A DNA stretch of 61,749 nt, filler included, from Gonapodya sp. JEL0774 (lineage: Eukaryota), in the NCBI GenBank assembly GCA_027604505.1. It is 23 parts of 23 records of this genome, joined end to end, with 100 filler letters (N's around TTAATTAATTAA, not from the genome) between each part and the next. Parts side by side here need not be neighbours in the genome. Positions count along the whole stretch, not along the records: positions 48,484 to 51,058 come from JADIIX010001829.1; positions 51,159 to 53,731 come from JADIIX010001830.1; positions 53,832 to 56,404 come from JADIIX010001831.1; positions 56,505 to 59,077 come from JADIIX010001832.1; positions 59,178 to 61,749 come from JADIIX010001833.1; 18 more parts are not named here. One strand, given 5' to 3'. The notes beneath the pieces were generated by a model that was not told the origin of the DNA, ran no database searches, and saw nothing but the letters and a program-made list of their open reading frames with translations. The translations under genes and the position numbers were made by a program. Shown in pieces: positions 48,484-61,749 of the stretch; positions within the stretch are counted from its first letter, which is position 1; each line of letters opens with the position of its first letter.

Positions 48484-51058
48484 TTATAGCAGTCTCCCGA
48501 GAAGAGAGTTAACAATGTGAAGGTCACCTTCTTTTCCTCTTTTGGCTTCTTGATGAAGTCCTTGAGTTTCCCAGACTGTGAGCGGGGGCCGAAAGTTACA
48601 CCAAAATGCATCTAGTCGGTGATAGTGAAATGAGCTGCACCCACGATTCCGGTGACTTCGCTGAAGAACTTGAATTCTCGCTCATAGAAGTCTTGGTCCT
48701 TGACTGAGAAACTGGGTGCACGCGAACCTCTTCAGTTGAGAATGCCTTCACCTGATGCTTTTGTCGACAAGTGACCAACCTCTTCACGATTTTTGCGATG
48801 ATGAGCTCGAAACGAGGTTTCAGGACATCTTCCGTCCTCCCCTCCCCGGCCGCGAAGTCACGGTACATGTTTGCATTCATATTCCAGATGATCTACCATA
48901 TGGAGGATGGAAAACGGGAGCAGGATCAAAATGGCGACATAATCATTCATAAATGCAATCCAACTGCACACCTGATGGGCGAACAGCTGGCTGCTGTAAG
49001 CCTGTATTCACAATACGATTAGGTAAGGGCACATAGAATATGCGAGAGCTTCGCCCACTCCTCACCGTTTCCAAAATAAAGCTCTCCAGATATCCTTGTC
49101 CATCGTATCGTAATCTGAACGTTGATAAGGTTCAGACAGCAGTGCTTGGAAGCATTCCAAGTAGTTGTCGAAACCCACCCTTGCACCACTTGAGGGATAT
49201 AAAAGAATACGACATCAGACGGATAGGACTCGAGAACTCTGATAAGATATTGGGTGAGCCATGGGTGCGGGGCGGCAGATTTCCCGCCTACGAGCATGTG
49301 GATTCCTTTTATTGGGGCGACCGGAGCGAATAACAGAAGGGACTAAAACCGCACAATTATACACCGAGTTAGCATACCGCACAGATGCGAATATACCCTT
49401 TTTGGCCCTTACCCGCGCATCAATACCAAGTTTACCATACAACTTTAGCTTCGTACTCAACACGTGACCGAAAGCATCGTCTCGCTCGATGTAATCCCAC
49501 GGCTTTGATTCCACAGCAGCCAAAACCGCGCTCATCACCGCTTGTTTTGAGGCGAATCTGGCCGGCATATGGATCAACGTTGATGGATTTAGAGTAGCCG
49601 CAGCTGTAATCAAATGCGGCAACCGGGCCTACAAAAGAAAACACATTATTGAACGCAGTTCAATATTGTATACCCGCTCGGAGGCATTTTTTATCCCACT
49701 TACATCAGTGCTGGCATTGACAGGCGAGTTACTCGCTTCCGCCTGGGGATTCATCCAGACTAGTAAACGCTGACATTCGTTTTCGATCATTACAGAAAGG
49801 AGCTCCGTGAGATTCGTTGTGAGTTTGCGAAAAATGTCGAAACCTTTGCGAGTTGAGGAACTGTGAGAACGAGCTACTGATTCGAGGCTCTTGTCCATAA
49901 TTTTACCATTCTGCCCAAAAACCACTCGGGCCAAAGTTGTTGGGGCACTCGGAACTGGAAGTCCTTCAAATCCAACAACCACTCGTCTCAATAATTCCAG
50001 TTCTTCGGCAATGGTAGAAGGTTGCGATGAATCTGCCCAGCTGGGAAGCACACAACGCTTATTCGTGCATCTCAAAACAAAGTCATGGAATGATGGTACC
50101 TTGGCGCGTCTGAGAACCACGCTAGTCCAAGCTGATGAGCTCCTTGTCGCAGGAGTTGGTAGACAAAGAGCATAGATGCTGCGGCCGCATCCGACGCAAC
50201 CATTACGCAGTAGCGTAGCAAAGTGAAATACGCTTTGCGGGTGTGACTACAACAACAACAACATATTTCGGCATACACGTGCCAGAAATCGGAAACTAGA
50301 CCACAACTTACTTGACATTGGAAGGAAATTTTGTCATCTTCAATGCGAGAGTTTGACACAGGGGACGGACTTGAGACGATGAAAGACGCTGGGTGAGAAC
50401 TAATATGATTGCGAGATGCCCTTCTTCATCTCTCGATATCAACGAATGGATTTTCTCAGGCGCTGCCGCCATGGTCATCTTTGCTTTAAATGGATTGTTG
50501 GATCTTGCGTTCGGAAGCATGATTAATAGAGAACCCAAATTTGACTACGAAGAGGGCCGCAAACATGCAAACATAACATACCCTCGTTTTCCCGCGAAGA
50601 GACCTGTGCCTTGGTCGATTGACTCTTCAGTGGCACTTACTATTTCGCCAATCAGGACTGCCTCCGAGCCTGAAAAAGAATTGAGCACCCAGGTCCACGA
50701 ATTCACTGCACTCCGAATTATAGAAGTTGCGAATAAGAGGACTGGCGTGCGTACAAATAGACGAACGAGCTCGCGATCCAACTAGTTTCGACAAAAAATG
50801 AAATAAATTGGTTGTGTATGTATAGGGCAATGAAAGCAAGAATTTGCAAACCTTTCTTGAAATCAAGATAAATGCGGCAGTTCGCTGCAGTAACCGCTCA
50901 AAGCGAGTTTGAACGGTGCGTTCTGACGTTGTAGTGGGCCGTGCGAACATGTCTGTTCCAATGTACAATACGTATTCCTGCTTCAATGCCTTGATTTGGA
51001 TCTCCAGATCCTCTTCTTTTGTTCAATGAAAGTCAAGATGAGGTCATAATCAGATCCA
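48484..51058 (-). CDS. STT4: Phosphatidylinositol 4-kinase alpha, internal multi-exon fragment
   Basis: LESYPSDVVFFYIPQVVQ; SQLFAHQ-IIWNMNANMY; FYEREFKFFSEVTGI-SGKLKDFIKKPKEEKK. Confidence 0.9.
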
Positions 51059-51324
51059 NNNNNNNNNNNNNNNNNNNNNNNNNNNNNNNNNNNNNNNNNN
51101 NNTTAATTAATTAANNNNNNNNNNNNNNNNNNNNNNNNNNNNNNNNNNNNNNNNNNNNACGTGTGATTGGAGTGCGAACACGTGTCTGACCACAATGCAG
51201 CAGTTACGTAGCCACATCGATATCCGTGCAAAGATCTAGTCAAACCTGCCACATGTCCGCAACCGATGCATTCTCTATTAGGATAATCATGTGACACAGA
51301 AGGCCTTTGACAAATAATACTGCT

Positions 51325-53532
51325 CTAGTTCAGATTGCTGGTCCGCAACGCTCTGTCGACTACATCCACAAGCCGACAAACGTTCTCCTCGTCCAGTTTT
51401 CGTCCGATGACTTGGACACCGACGGGAGTCCCCACGATTTCATTCAACGTCGCAGTGTATTTTTCGAAGAGATCCTTTGCAAAACCCTCGGAGTCGGGTA
51501 CGTAGCCAGACGGATACGTATCCGTTGCGTGTATGGTCGTGCACGGTACAGAAGCCGCGGAAAGCTGCAAAAGATTGCAGAGACCCATATAAATAAGCTA
51601 CGGTTGTGCAGAGAGAATGGTCAGTTTTATTTATCGCATGAACAGGTATAGAGGCTCCGGCGCTGGCACATCAAACACCACTCACTTCATCCCAAAGACC
51701 CTCATACAGTCTATGAGGCAGCGCCGGAGCAGCACTGACAGGGCATACAAGTCCATCGATCGTCCGTCCGGTCGAAGGACACTTGGTGCTCTTCCAAGCC
51801 TCCAGAAACTCTTTGGCAAGGTGATCCATCTTTAGGTTGAGCTGCCTGCATGTAAACACTTAAGGTTGCGGCGGGCCGATGAACCATTACGATTGAAATC
51901 GAGTCTGAGCTCACCAATTATCCCAGACTGATATTTCCCCACCGCCATTCACGAGAATCTCGACGGTAGGAACAAAAGGTTCCGCCTTCCACGAAACTGG
52001 TGGACCCCACCGACCGAAGCCCTTGCCGTAACCACGGCCATCCTTCACACATTCACGAATGTCACGCATCCCATCAGCAGCATAGAGTCCATTGAGTGTC
52101 GTCATAAGCTCGGACATGAAAGTGTCCGATGGAAATTTGAAGGGGACGACCGTGTATCCGGCAGCCTTCAGTTGCGTAACAGTGTACTCAACAGCTCTCC
52201 GGATACAAGGCGCTACTGGACACTTCGGATCCTCAACGTAGAAGCCGAAGATCGGTTTGGTGTCTTTTGAAAGTGCCACGGTATTCCAAGGGAGTGGAAT
52301 GCACGTTGGATCTTCATCCCAAGGTCGTCCGCCGACAACAGATTCCATAAAGAGGTTCAAGTCCCGAGCAGATGTTGTCAGAGGTCCTAAGACTGAAGGT
52401 ACCGATATTTGCCCCTCAGAGGAGTTGACAGCTCCGAGGTAAGGCAGTCGGGTGTGCGATGGCTTTAGACCAAAGACTCCACAATAGTTCGCTGGTCCAC
52501 GAACTGAGCCACTAGAAAGGCAAGTCAGGACGTAGTAGCAGTAAGACCTGGTGGAGGAACAATGAGACCCAGACCCAGCATGACTCACCCAATATCACTT
52601 CCGACTCCGATTAAGGCACCTCGCATGCGAATGAGAGCACCTTCACCTCCGGAACTTCCTGTACAACAAGAAGTGAGTGTGACAACGATGCTGTATAGCT
52701 ATAGTACTTACCAGAAGGCGATACGTTGCGGTTATTCGGGTTCAATGTACGTCCGAATATGTAGTTGAAAGTCTCTCCGTCCATGAGACTTTGGGGAACA
52801 TTAGTCTTAGAGATCTACGACAAAAGTATGACGCACACAGAGCCATTAAAACTCATATAGGACCAATGACCAGTTTCGATAGGAACGAACCAACAACTTA
52901 CCAACACTCCACCTGCACGCTTCATGAGAGCCACCATAACACCGTCTTCAGTTTTCGGCTCCTCACACCACGCAATATATCCCAAGGAGGAGTCGTAGCC
53001 TTTCACGTTGCACTGATCTTTAACCGAGCAGGGAACGCCATGCAGTGGTCCAATTGTTTTTCCAGTAGACTGGTAGTACTCGTCCAGCTGTTTCGCCTGC
53101 TGGATGGCATCCTGGAAAAGTATCTCAGTGAGGCAGTTGGTGTATACTTGAGCTGTGACAGAGTTCGGGTATAAGCTACGACAATGTGTGTTCGGGATCT
53201 GACATGAACAGAATCGCACCTATAATTGCTCGTAGGATGAATGCCTCCGTAACTTCGAGTGAAGTGAACGTCCCGCTGGCGATCTCTGCAGCTAGAGCAG
53301 CTGCATCCATCGTGGACGTGATGGCTGTTTGCCGGGGTGTGAGGGAAAGGCCATCCGGAACTACTGAGAGATCCGTCACCGATCGAGGGTCGAACGACGG
53401 AAACGGCAACTCCGTATGGAAGAACAGAGGGTCATCGTGATACTCGAACTTCGAGCCTATGGATTGTAAGTACTGATTTATCAATTCAGCACGTGCTTTC
53501 AGTTTTCGCTCCGCGATGTCCCTCCACGACAT
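51325..53532 (-). CDS. Amidase-signature enzyme (acetamidase/FAAH-like), complete multi-exon gene
   Basis: GPLHGVPCSVKDQ (catalytic Lys); [48 protein letters not shown]. Confidence 0.93.
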
Positions 53533-53831
53533 TGATGGTTCGATGGTCAGGAGATGTTTTGATCCCGCGAGGTTTCACTTGGTGATTTTGTTCTGAGGCG
53601 GATGGGCGATCCTCCGCGATCATCGATTTGCGGTGCTCATCCCGCTCATGGTACGCAACTACGTAGCAGTTGGGAGGGCAGTGCAGGTTATTTACAACTA
53701 TGTCTTTTGTGATAGTCTTACACTCTTGAAGNNNNNNNNNNNNNNNNNNNNNNNNNNNNNNNNNNNNNNNNNNNNTTAATTAATTAANNNNNNNNNNNNN
53801 NNNNNNNNNNNNNNNNNNNNNNNNNNNNNNN

Positions 53832-55614
53832 GCGACAGGTCCTCTACGATTCCGCACCCGTTGTTGACGAACAAGATGTCCGTCAGCTGTTTCACGAAGA
53901 GTTTGGAAGCGCTCCGGAGGAAATGTTTGACGACTTTGAGTGGACACCAGTCGGATCAGCGTCCATCGCCCAGGTGCATCGAGCGAAGCTAAAAGATGGA
54001 ACCAAAGTCGCAGTGAAGGTTCAAAAACCTTACATTCGGACTCAAATTGGATGGGATGTGAGTTCTATGGTCTGAATGAGGGGACTGACGGGGATGCCTG
54101 TGTATCTGTCAAATTCTACTTCCACTACACAACCAGCTCGCCACCCAAGGGCTAGTCACACACATCATCGAATGGATTTTCGATATCCCAATGTCGTGGA
54201 CCCTCGACTACACCCATCGGCATGTTCGACTGGAGACCGATTTCAGGAACGAGGCTCGCAACGCGGAGAGAGCGAGCCGGGAATTTGCGACGGAACCCGA
54301 GTTCGCAAAAGACGTACATGTGCCGAAAGTGTATTGGGAACAGACGTCGGGGAGGGTCATGACGGCGGAGTGGATCGATGGTGGGAGCTGAATTGCTTTT
54401 TTCGGGAGTCCACTCAGAATTTGAACCGTATCGATATTTTGGAACATCTTGTCAGGTATTCCTTTGAGTAACACCGAGGAAATTAAGAAGCGATTTGACA
54501 CTTCTTCAGTAGTTGGGAAAATCGTCGACATGTTCGGGTTTCAGATATTCAAGAGCGGGTGCGCTTTAAGCCAAGTAGATTTCGAATGCAAGAGGTCGAT
54601 TAATCCGGATCTCCTCCCAGGTTTTTACACGCAGATCCACACCCAGGTAACTTTTTGATTCGACCAAGTCCGAGCGATCCACGTCGGCCACAAGTTGTGC
54701 TTCTTGACCACGGACTGTGAGTCTGTGTTGGAAGTCGGTTGTTCGAAAGTTTCTGCAAACATTTTTTTATCGGTAATAGCTACGTCACTGAGTCGCAGGA
54801 CTTTCGATTAACTTACGCACAGTTCTGGAAGGCTCTCATGGTGGGTGTTTGTTCCCCCGTAACGCCGTCAGTCGTTGGACGACACAAACTTAAATCACAT
54901 GCCTAAACGTAGCTCGTGGACCTTCCCACAATCACTCGAATTTGTGACAAGTGGGGGTTCGGAGATGCCAGCCTCGCCGCGTCAGCAGCGTTGCAACGAC
55001 CGTTCAATCCCGCGAAAGCAGCTCAGGAGGGCCGCTCTGGGTTCGAAAAACCCACAGGTCGAGATATATACGAAGCTCAGTTGAGAATGAAAGCTCGAGC
55101 TCGGCAGATGCTGAACGATCAGACCAAATTCCCGATGGAACTGTTGTTCGTGGGAAGGAACATGACACTCGTGAGGGGTGTGAACAAAGGGTTTGGGTCT
55201 GCAGTTGATCGTGTAGCAATGACGGTGAGTTTTCCGCTATCAATGCGAGACGAAATATCTCGACCCACCGAATCTCTCTGTTCACGAATAATAAAGGCGC
55301 GTTGGGCTGTTCGAGGAACTACCTCGACAGAGACAATGTTGCAATTCTCGAAATCCCTCTCCCCAACTGCCCCACATCCCACGCTGTCCTGGCTTCGCTT
55401 TTACATCTCGTCACATCTTTCATCCCTTCGGTTCGAGTTTCATCTCTTTGTACTAGCGACATCGTTTTGGGCGACGAAGGTTTACGAATGGATCGCGCGC
55501 GATCTGCTGGGTCTGAGTGGCGTAAAAACGTACGAAGAGCTAATGTCACAAGGCGCGAAACAAGTCATGGGAAAGGAGTTCGGGTTGGTGTTGGATGAGA
55601 GGGCATTTGAGTGA
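53832..55614 (+). CDS. ABC1/UbiB (ADCK1/Mcp2-like) atypical kinase, 5' truncated
   Basis: GSASIAQVHRAKLKDGTKVAVKVQKP; ETDFRNEARN; VMTAEWIDG; LHADPHPGN; LLDHGL. Confidence 0.92.
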
Positions 55615-56504
55615 GTACTGTTGTCTGACTTCCCTAGCCATAAGTTCGTCTCAGCGCGCTAATGAGCTCGTATATTCATCAGTGCATAGAATTGATGTGG
55701 TTGACGATTTACGCAGTGCGCATAGCAATTTATGTTTACAGATGCAATCGTTTTGATCACGGAGTGTCCCGTTTCATGAAATCACTAAATTGTACTTCTT
55801 CACGATACCAAAGAACTTAGACGTGTATGGCAGCTTAATTGAGCTTGGCATCAGACAACGCATAGATGTGTATGTGGAGTGCAGGCCTACTGTAGGCCCG
55901 ACGGAGTATGGCGCCCTCGATCCCGAATTCATAGAGCACAGCAATGATCTATGAGCTGACAATAACTTAATCCCGCTTGAACATAACGATCTTCAGTGCT
56001 CCCACAGACTAGTATTGACTACTATGCGCTGCATGACTCATGCGAGGTATAGCCATGTATATAATCATTCGCACGCGCCGTTTGGTTGGACGTCCTTACA
56101 CATACGTCAATATCATTGGTGCTGCTTCGGCTCTGTGACGACTTCCAAAGCAATGAGACGCCAACATATGTGAAATATTTTTTAGCAAAGAATTGCATCC
56201 GGTCACAATACAATGGCGGAGACAGGAAGTTCCAGCAAAACCGATCGAGTTCAAACGCCCAAGGGAACTAACCTACGTCCCAAATCGAATGCACGACGAT
56301 ATACACATCTACCAAGCTTATCATCGACACAAACGCAATCAACCATAAAGGTGAGGAGTAGTCGGTGATCCGAGCTCCGGGTTTCGGTTCCAACAGGACA
56401 TCAANNNNNNNNNNNNNNNNNNNNNNNNNNNNNNNNNNNNNNNNNNNNTTAATTAATTAANNNNNNNNNNNNNNNNNNNNNNNNNNNNNNNNNNNNNNNN
56501 NNNN

Positions 56505-59077
56505 AGTGGGACCGATATCAAGCTTGGTCAACTCATTGCTATGGATTCTTTCAACTGTTTGGGGGGTTTGCTCTCTCCTCTGTTGTCGTCTCTTGGAGAG
56601 TAGATCCTTGAGCTTCGACGATGCAGCAGAGTCAGCGGACTTTTCATTTGGTACGGAAAGCGACTTGCGAGCAGCTCGCGTGGATGCCTTTTGCTTAGCA
56701 GCCGCGGCAGTCGAGGAGCCACGCAAGGCAGCAGCTGTTGCCATGGAGTTCGGTAACGCAACTCCCATCGCTTGGAACTTTGACTCTACTTTCATACGAA
56801 GCTTCCTTGCGATTTCGATTTTTCGCTTCATTTCCATTCCAATCGTGAAGTTGTCTGTTTTGAGGGAAGGATTGGAAAGGGACACCGCATCCGATGAACC
56901 AGATATCTCGTAGGTACCCAATCCCGACAACTTCCGAGACATTTTTGATTTGAGATGATGACCCTTTTCTCGATGCTTTCCGCCGTGTCGCCGCTTGCCT
57001 TTCTTGTGATCACGGTTCTCGCTCTCCCCATCGTTCGCATGCTGAGGTTTCCGCGTTGCATCAACGGCTGCTTTGCTTTCCGGTTGCGAATCCGCATTTG
57101 ATGAAATTTTTGCAGCCTTTGCGACTGCCGCCTTCTCGGCCCTTTCGGCTGCGAGCTTCTTCTGTCGAGCTTCAAAATAGGGGAAAGAAAGTTGGTCACC
57201 TCAATGAAAATCAAGCCAACGAGTTGCGTCACACCTATACGGGACTCCTCTTCAGCAGCCATTCTATGGAGTTGTGTGAGAAGTCTTCGTCGGTCCTCTG
57301 TGTCCATGTTGGGATCGTGTTTCTGAATAAGTCGCGTAAGCTCCTCTTCCGTCAACAAATCCGCATTTAGCTGCGCAGAAACATCCATAGGGAACTTCAA
57401 CAAGTGGCAAGACAGATGTAAAGAGACTGTGAAGCACTTACGGTAGATTTTCTACGGGATGTGCGTTCCAACTTCATCATTTGCTCCATGAACGTTCCAT
57501 CATGAACCAAATCAGGAACAAAGCCCAAAGAGAGGATGGTGCCCCTCCGAGCAAGTTTCTTCTTCAGCATTCGTCGGTACTCTCTCGCTTTTTCGATGAG
57601 CTCCTCTTCGGTGTAATTGATCCATTCACCCATTCCTGCAACGTGAGTTTCTGATGAATTTTACGCTCCAAGTAGAACAGAGTGAAGACTTGATACCTCG
57701 TAGGAGATCACGTTGGTAATCACTGTATTGAAATGCTTCCCGAGGTTGATCCCCATTGTTAGGAGCAAACATGAAAAGAGACTCTTCGTAACGAGACTTG
57801 CGACGACCAGAGGCATCCACCTCCGTGTCAAAAAGTTTGTAGGATTCGATAAGCTCGTAAATTTGCTGTTCATGAGGGGTGACAGAGAACGCACAATGAG
57901 CAACCCGATCTGAATTTAGCGGTTGGTTGTCGAAAGCGCACCTGAACCCTGTCGTCCCTTTGCTTCTCAATGTCCGCGAGTTTGCGTTTAATAACTTCAT
58001 CTAGAGCTCGCTCCCGCCTATCAAAATTTCGGAATTTTGGGGTGAATACCAGATCCAACCACTTCCTGAAGTATTACAGGGAACGACGTACCTCCGCACT
58101 ATTCGTTCGATTTTAGCCCCCGCGTGCGATCGATGTGACTCGGACTTATCTTTGTATCCTGACTGGTAGTAGTTCACAAAGTCCGGTCCCGGCTCGAAGA
58201 CAGGAAGAGCCTCGACGGGGTCATCTTCGTGTGATTGCTTGAGAATCGCGAGTAGAATATGCCTAGGGAGATCTGAGATGCAAATTATATACTACTAGCT
58301 GTGGCACAAGGTTCTTGACCCAGGTTCGCCACTCGAAAGACTTACAATCTTGGCATTTGACAATGTTTACACCATCTTCGAGTCCAACAACAAGGTCCCC
58401 TCTCGAGTTCAAGAACTCCACGGCAGAGACAGGCTCGTTGAACTGAACTTCTCTTACTAGGGCACATTCCCGGGTCCAAACCTTCACTGTACCATCGACG
58501 CTCGCTGTAGCGAATAGGTTTAAATTTTCGACGAGAGCTACCGAAGTCACACGTCCCGAATGGTCGTCATCCCGCGAATGTTTGTAAGGAGGTCCGAATC
58601 CAGACGCAGGATCGTAGGGAACGGTAATGCTGATACCAGATGCGAATCCAACAAATATTACGCCCATATTTTGCGCGACAGCCATCTGGACAGGATCCCC
58701 GCCAGGAAGGGCAGTTGTGAAGGCGTGTTCCACCAAAAATGGCACTTTAAAACCATCAGAAGGTCTCGGCGCACCCAGATTCGGTAGCACTTTCCAACCA
58801 CGGATAAGAGAGTCTCGACCGCAAGTGAAAATCATGTTGGAACGAGATTCAACAGTGAGGTGTGTCATGGCAGCAGTATGAGCCTGCACCAGAGCCTCGT
58901 GTCTGCCATGCTTGGTGATGTCAATAAGGAGAAGTTGTCCGTCACTTGTATCAGGTGGCGCAAAGTGTTACAAAACAACGACCGAATCTAGGTTGCTCCC
59001 CATTACTCACACAGTTCCACAAACAGGCCACGTCAATGGTGGCTTGCCGTCTACACTAAATGCTGTCACGGTGGCTA
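56505..59077 (-). CDS. WD40-repeat protein with long charged C-terminal region (WDR87/WDR97-like), internal fragment
   Basis: HTAAMTHL...FTCGRDSLIRGW; HSGRVTSV...FATASVDGTVKVWT...LVREVQFNEPVSAVEFLNSRGDLVVG. The WD40 call is firm; the subfamily is from recollection. Confidence 0.7.
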
Positions 59078-59177
59078 NNNNNNNNNNNNNNNNNNNNNNN
59101 NNNNNNNNNNNNNNNNNNNNNTTAATTAATTAANNNNNNNNNNNNNNNNNNNNNNNNNNNNNNNNNNNNNNNNNNNN

Positions 59178-59628
59178 TTCAGGCGGTGCCACCGTCGTTG
59201 GACCTTTTCGCCGGAGAGGTGGAACGACGCCACGGGAAGAAGCCTGAGGCGCCGGACTACTATGTACTTCACCGATAGAGGGCTCGAGTTGCTGGCGACG
59301 GTTCTCATCTGCTGGATGCGAGAAAAGGGTGACACGTTTTACAAAAAGGGGTCGCCAACGAGCGGTACATGCGGTGCAGGCGCCTCGGTCCCACCGCAAC
59401 GCACCCTCGGCGACGCAAGTGGAAAACCTGATCGTCTTGCAGAGGAGGAAGGACGCCGAGTACCATCCTGTGGAGGACTGGTGCTGGAGCCCGTGGTGCA
59501 TGTCGTGGAAGATTTCTGGATTGAAAAAGTGTAGGAGGTGTCAGATGGCAAAGTACTGCTCGAAGGAGTGACAGAAGAAGCACTGGAAGGGACACAAGTT
59601 GGTGCGTAAGGAGGCCCCGCCGAGCTAG
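59178..59628 (+). pseudogene. MYND zinc-finger gene 3' end with in-frame TGA and apparent frameshift
   Basis: CWSPWC...LKKCRRCQMAKYCSKE*(TGA 59569-59571)QKKHWKGHKLVR. The last expected Cys is CGT (Arg). Confidence 0.7.
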
Positions 59629-59938
59629 CGGAAGACTACATATTGGTCGCTTTCAGATAGAAGAGCACAGACAAATACTCGAGTGTAATTTTATTACAAC
59701 TACAGACTCATCCACGAATGCGCGAATGCACGATCGTAGTTGGAACCTAGGACTTTTGTATGGACTCTACAGTGCTAAAAGTGATGAGTCGAATTTTCAA
59801 AATCAAAAAGTTTGCATGTTCTAGTATACCCAACCAGAGTGTGCGACAACAAAGAAGCTTCAATTCATTTCCCCTCACGCTGCCATTTGTCATGTTGTCG
59901 TCTCTTCTTCATAGCAACGCCATTACTGCCCGGCACGA

Positions 59939-60307
59939 TCACACTCCTACCCCCGACAGCGCATCCTTTGGACAGTGCACGACCACCTCCCCCTGAATTA
60001 CAGGCGCCAACGACACGCCCAACCATCTCCCGACTTTCAGGATCGATAGATCGACCCGCGACGTGTACCTTATCCTCAAGTTCCCGTTCGCAGCGTCGGG
60101 TTGGATCTCAAACTGGCCGTCTACCGTAGTGGTGGTCTCGGAGGACGAAGGAACGGTGATGCCACATGCGGCTGTGTCCGGATGGTGGAGTCCTTGAGTA
60201 AGGGGAACTGGAAGAGTCAATTGTTGAACACCGTGTTGTAACACTTTTCGTTGCTCAGGTGGCAGGTTGAACTGGTAGAGCTCTTCATTTACGCCGCTTC
60301 CATCCAT
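59939..60307 (-). CDS. Hypothetical 122-aa intronless ORF
   Basis: ATG-to-stop ORF with protein-like composition. No family recognised. Confidence 0.3.
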   Translation of the reverse strand: MDGSGVNEELYQFNLPPEQRKVLQHGVQQLTLPVPLTQGLHHPDTAACGITVPSSSETTTTVDGQFEIQPDAANGNLRIRYTSRVDLSILKVGRWLGVSLAPVIQGEVVVHCPKDALSGVGV

Positions 60308-60426
60308 AATTACATTAGCGTATCAATATCCTTAAGGATAAGCTTCACGTTCCGGTGACGTAAAGTATTAAGTTTCCAAGTCATTCTTCGCATGCATGTA
60401 TCATGGTCACAGCCACCAAATCACGT

Positions 60427-61112
60427 TCACAGCTTCCCCGCCTTCTTCAGCTCTTTGCGCGTAGCCACAACCAGCGCGGTATACTTATCGATCGTGATTT
60501 GGTCCATGTACTGTACGGAGCGGAACAGGTGAGGAGAAAGTGTGAGGATGGTTGCACACGGAACTCACCTCGCGAAGTTGGGTGATACGGGTCGCATCTG
60601 AGTTTACGGTGCAGATAATGCAGGCGGCGAGGCGAAGAGTGGGACCGGAGAGCTGTAGGAGTAGAATTCAGGCTTCAATTTCAAATTTCAACAACCGTCG
60701 GAAGATCCCGAATGTCGCCACATCTCCCACCGCCACACGTCCCGACATCTCAGCAAAAAGCAACTCACCGACTTGGCCACCAGTACATGTTCCTGAATAA
60801 ATCCCCTTGTGCCGTCTTTCCTCTCGAACGTGGACACGACGCGGTTGTCGTACACGCGAGAGGACGTCGTCTTTATCAACCCGAGGAGGGTGACGACGTT
60901 TTCGTCAACGGATTGAAAGATGAGGTCGGTGTTGTGCCTGTGATTTTTTGGCAGCGGTGTGAGTTGTTGTATGCAGGTGAGGGATCGACGGAAGCGGGAA
61001 CGTACCAAATCTTTGCATCCGGGGCATAGCACTCCCTCACAGCCGGAACGTCCCCACGAGTAATGGCGCCGACAAATTTTTCGGCGAGGGCGAGGATTTG
61101 GTCGGACGACAT
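60427..61112 (-). CDS. SnoaL-like / NTF2-fold (ketosteroid isomerase-like) protein
   Basis: Spliced LAEKFVGAITRGDVPAVRECYAPDAKIW-HNTD...GFIQEHVL...LPACIICTV...RITQLRE-YMD...KAGKL*. Confidence 0.8.
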
Positions 61113-61749
61113 GAATTCATGGTTGGATCGGTGCGCGGCTGCTGTCAAGCCGATACAAAGTACGTGGCACTATGTGGGGGTTGGACCAGGCTACGTACAA
61201 CAGTCAAAGGCGGGCGGGCATTGAACGTGGCTCGGACGATGGCGGAGTCGAAACATATGGTGCATCAAGAAGAGTTGTATCGACGGCGTTCTCCGACCGT
61301 CCATTCTCCAATCGCTGCCCACGTCCTGTTCCTCCTGCTGTCCGTCGGATTTCTCACTCAGCACAGCGTTCAGAATCCACTTCTCGGTACATCGACTCTG
61401 CATCTGCGACCAAGCGCGCGACTGTATCGTCGGACTGGTGGTTTGCGAATCCCGAATTGGCGATTCCCGTGCTAGCGCTGCACCGGCCAACGGGCGACCC
61501 TCCTCTGCTGGGCTAAATTGCAAGCCCACGGGGGACATACAACAGAAATGCGATGCTAATTAGTTATTATTTATTACCCACGAAATCTCCCTGACCTGCA
61601 TTTCGTGAAATTTCATGACGCATGGTGATGGGATCCCATTGCTGAGGCCACCTTGAGTCACGCATGGTGTTGGCCAGCCACACACCTGAGCGAGACCCGT
61701 CCACCACGCACGCTCGCTTCTCATAAAAGGTCTCCTCTTCGTATATCCA

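Noticed and set aside
59781..59825. Possible SECIS downstream of the MYND TGA
   Set aside because: ATGA and an A-rich loop are present, but the 3' GA of the kink-turn quartet is missing and the stem is weak.

Overview
This is not one locus. It is 23 separate contigs of about 2.6 kb, ordered by decreasing length (2613 to 2572 nt) and joined by an artificial 100-nt linker (44 N + TTAATTAATTAA + 44 N), so synteny across linkers means nothing. Most contigs hold eukaryotic genes with short GT-AG introns. Fungal families (DUF4246, M36 fungalysin, fungal MFS, amidase) occur together with cilium/adhesome-type genes (MOK kinase, WDR87/97-like, RSU1-like), which points to a zoosporic, early-diverging fungus; this is an inference. 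Recognisable genes include INO1, RPT1, RPB8, GUK1, thymidylate synthase, STT4, mitochondrial L27, an ABC1 kinase, SulP, HNT1 and tRNA-Ser(CGA) with a decayed tandem copy. The most unusual items are: (1) an intronless Prim-Pol + Zn-finger + D5/SF3 helicase ORF of viral or Polinton-like type, plus a decayed D5-like fragment next to a spliced host gene; (2) a tandem pair of long G.U-containing hairpins in an intergenic region; (3) a MYND finger with TGA at a conserved Cys position; (4) several bacterial-type genes that carry spliceosomal introns. All assignments come from recognising motifs by eye; no searches were run.
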